A stretch of 64,000 nucleotides of DNA, taken from the NCBI GenBank assembly GCA_963762495.1, contig CAVXKZ010000008.1:121204-185203 (forward strand). Reading direction: 5' to 3'. The notes beneath the pieces are model-generated. The model ran no database searches and was not told where the DNA came from. It saw only the letters and a list, made by a program, of their open reading frames with translations. The position numbers and the translations under genes are program-made. Below, piece by piece: positions 63,261-64,000 of this stretch; positions within the stretch are counted from its first letter, which is position 1; every line of letters begins with the position of its first letter. This stretch comes from an uncultured Acidobacteriaceae bacterium. Lineage in GTDB: Bacteria; Acidobacteriota; Terriglobia; Bryobacterales; Bryobacteraceae.

Positions 63261-64000
63261 ATGAACTGGTGGCGGCGTCTTCTCAATAAACGCAAGCTCG
63301 AAACTCAATTGGACAGAGAGCTGCAGTTTCATCTGGAGCGCCTCGGGGCCGACTACGTACGTGCCGGGATGACCGAAAAAGGCGCGCTTCGGAAGGCGCG
63401 CCTCATTTTCGGTGCGGTCGAGGAAGTGAAGGAAGAATGCCGCGATGCGCGTGGCACCCTTTGGGTCGAATCGATTTTGCAGGACATTCAATTCGCCGTT
63501 CGCACTTTGCGCAAGAGCCCCGGATTCGCACTCGCCGCCATTTTGACATTGGCTCTCGGGATTGGAGCGAACAGCGCGGTCTTCAGCGTCGTCAACGGCG
63601 TGATTCTTCGCGCTCTCCCGTACAAAGATCCGGGACGTCTCGCGGCGGTTGACGAGACCCTCCGCCGCACGGGCGAGTCGCTTGCTTTCTCCTATCTCGA
63701 TTTCCTTGATTTTCAGCGGCAGAACCGCTCCTTCGAAGCAATTGCAGCTATTCGTCATCAAGGCGCAAACCTGACCGGGCCAGGCGAACCGGAATACGTT
63801 CACACGGCGCAGATATCGCACGGCTTCTTTTCCGTGTTGGGCGTGAACCCGGTCAGGGGCCGAACTTTTCGCGCGGATGACGACCGTCTTGGTGCCGCAC
63901 CCGTCGCGATCATCGGCTATTCGCTCTGGCAACAGCGCTTCGGAGGGCGCGAAAATGCCCTCGGGCAATCGCTGGTTCTCAACGGCAAAGCCTACGCCGT
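63261..64000 (+). CDS. ADOP-type duplicated FtsX/MacB-like permease, N-terminal part (runs off the right edge)
   Basis: An open frame from the ATG at 63261 to the window end, not listed in the ORF track. MNWWRRLLNKRKLETQLDRELQFHLE...DIQFAVRTLRKSPGFALAAILTLALGIGANSAVFSVVNGVILRALPY is the typical N-terminus of this family. Confidence 0.85.
   Translation, partial: MNWWRRLLNKRKLETQLDRELQFHLERLGADYVRAGMTEKGALRKARLIFGAVEEVKEECRDARGTLWVESILQDIQFAVRTLRKSPGFALAAILTLALGIGANSAVFSVVNGVILRALPYKDPGRLAAVDETLRRTGESLAFSYLDFLDFQRQNRSFEAIAAIRHQGANLTGPGEPEYVHTAQISHGFFSVLGVNPVRGRTFRADDDRLGAAPVAIIGYSLWQQRFGGRENALGQSLVLNGKAYA

Noticed and set aside
63144-63968. 274-aa minus-strand ORF.
   Set aside because: It is antisense to the ADOP permease frame, which has a family-typical N-terminus and TM segment.
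1-64000. Search for CRISPR arrays, tRNA/rRNA genes, transposases, integrases, toxin-antitoxin pairs, restriction-modification or other defence systems, prophage remnants and long direct or inverted repeats.
   Set aside because: I recognised none by eye. The only repeats are intragenic (fliK), and no ORF carries nuclease, recombinase or phage hallmarks. A tRNAscan/Infernal and defence-HMM run would be the decisive check.

Overview
The window looks like a chromosomal segment from an Acidobacteriota-like bacterium. That is inferred from an ADOP-type duplicated permease, a BlaI/BlaR1-TonB_C pair, a TonB-dependent receptor (TBDR) with a CarboxypepD_reg domain, and GC-rich third codon positions. 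It has three blocks.

(1) 1-31050: a large flagellar regulon. It contains motBA, fliS, flgJ(rod-binding)-flgI-flgH-flgA-flgG-flgF on the minus strand, then fliK-flgD-flgE-fliOPQR-flhBA-flhF-fliA, a DUF2802/FipA-like ORF, flgM, an flgN-position ORF, flgKL, fliC, fliD, flgBC-fliE-fliF-fliHIJ and a sigma-54 enhancer-binding protein (EBP).

(2) 31085-42082: a Wzx/Wzy-type exopolysaccharide (EPS) locus, all on the minus strand (WbaP-like, two GT4, Wzy/ligase-like, an unknown protein, Wzx, Wzc, Wza).

(3) 42373-64000: housekeeping and envelope genes. These are lipA, YciI, an APC permease/Usp, DUF2071, Nudix, gpsA-plsY, thpR, mpg, a TBDR + secreted PIG-L deacetylase locus, M28 peptidase, aminotransferase, GNAT, blaI/blaR1-TonB and an ADOP permease.

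I found no rRNA, tRNA, CRISPR, transposase, integrase or recognisable defence genes.

The observations most worth follow-up are:
- No C-ring/switch genes (fliG, fliM, fliN, fliL) and no flhG inside an otherwise near-complete flagellar cluster.
- Candidate sigma-54 (-24/-12) promoters that sit almost on the start codons of flgF, fliK and flgB, plus one ahead of fliC.
- A self-consistent set of sigma-28-like promoters (motA, fliS, flgM and the EBP gene).
- A sigma-54 activator with an unusual AAA+-HTH-pseudo-receiver domain order.
- A FipA/DUF2802-like membrane protein directly after flhF-fliA.
- Two clear +1 frame breaks (flgA, APC permease/Usp) and one possible one (flgM). These are either assembly indels or gene decay.

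All promoter and operator calls are motif matches made by eye and need experimental or comparative support.
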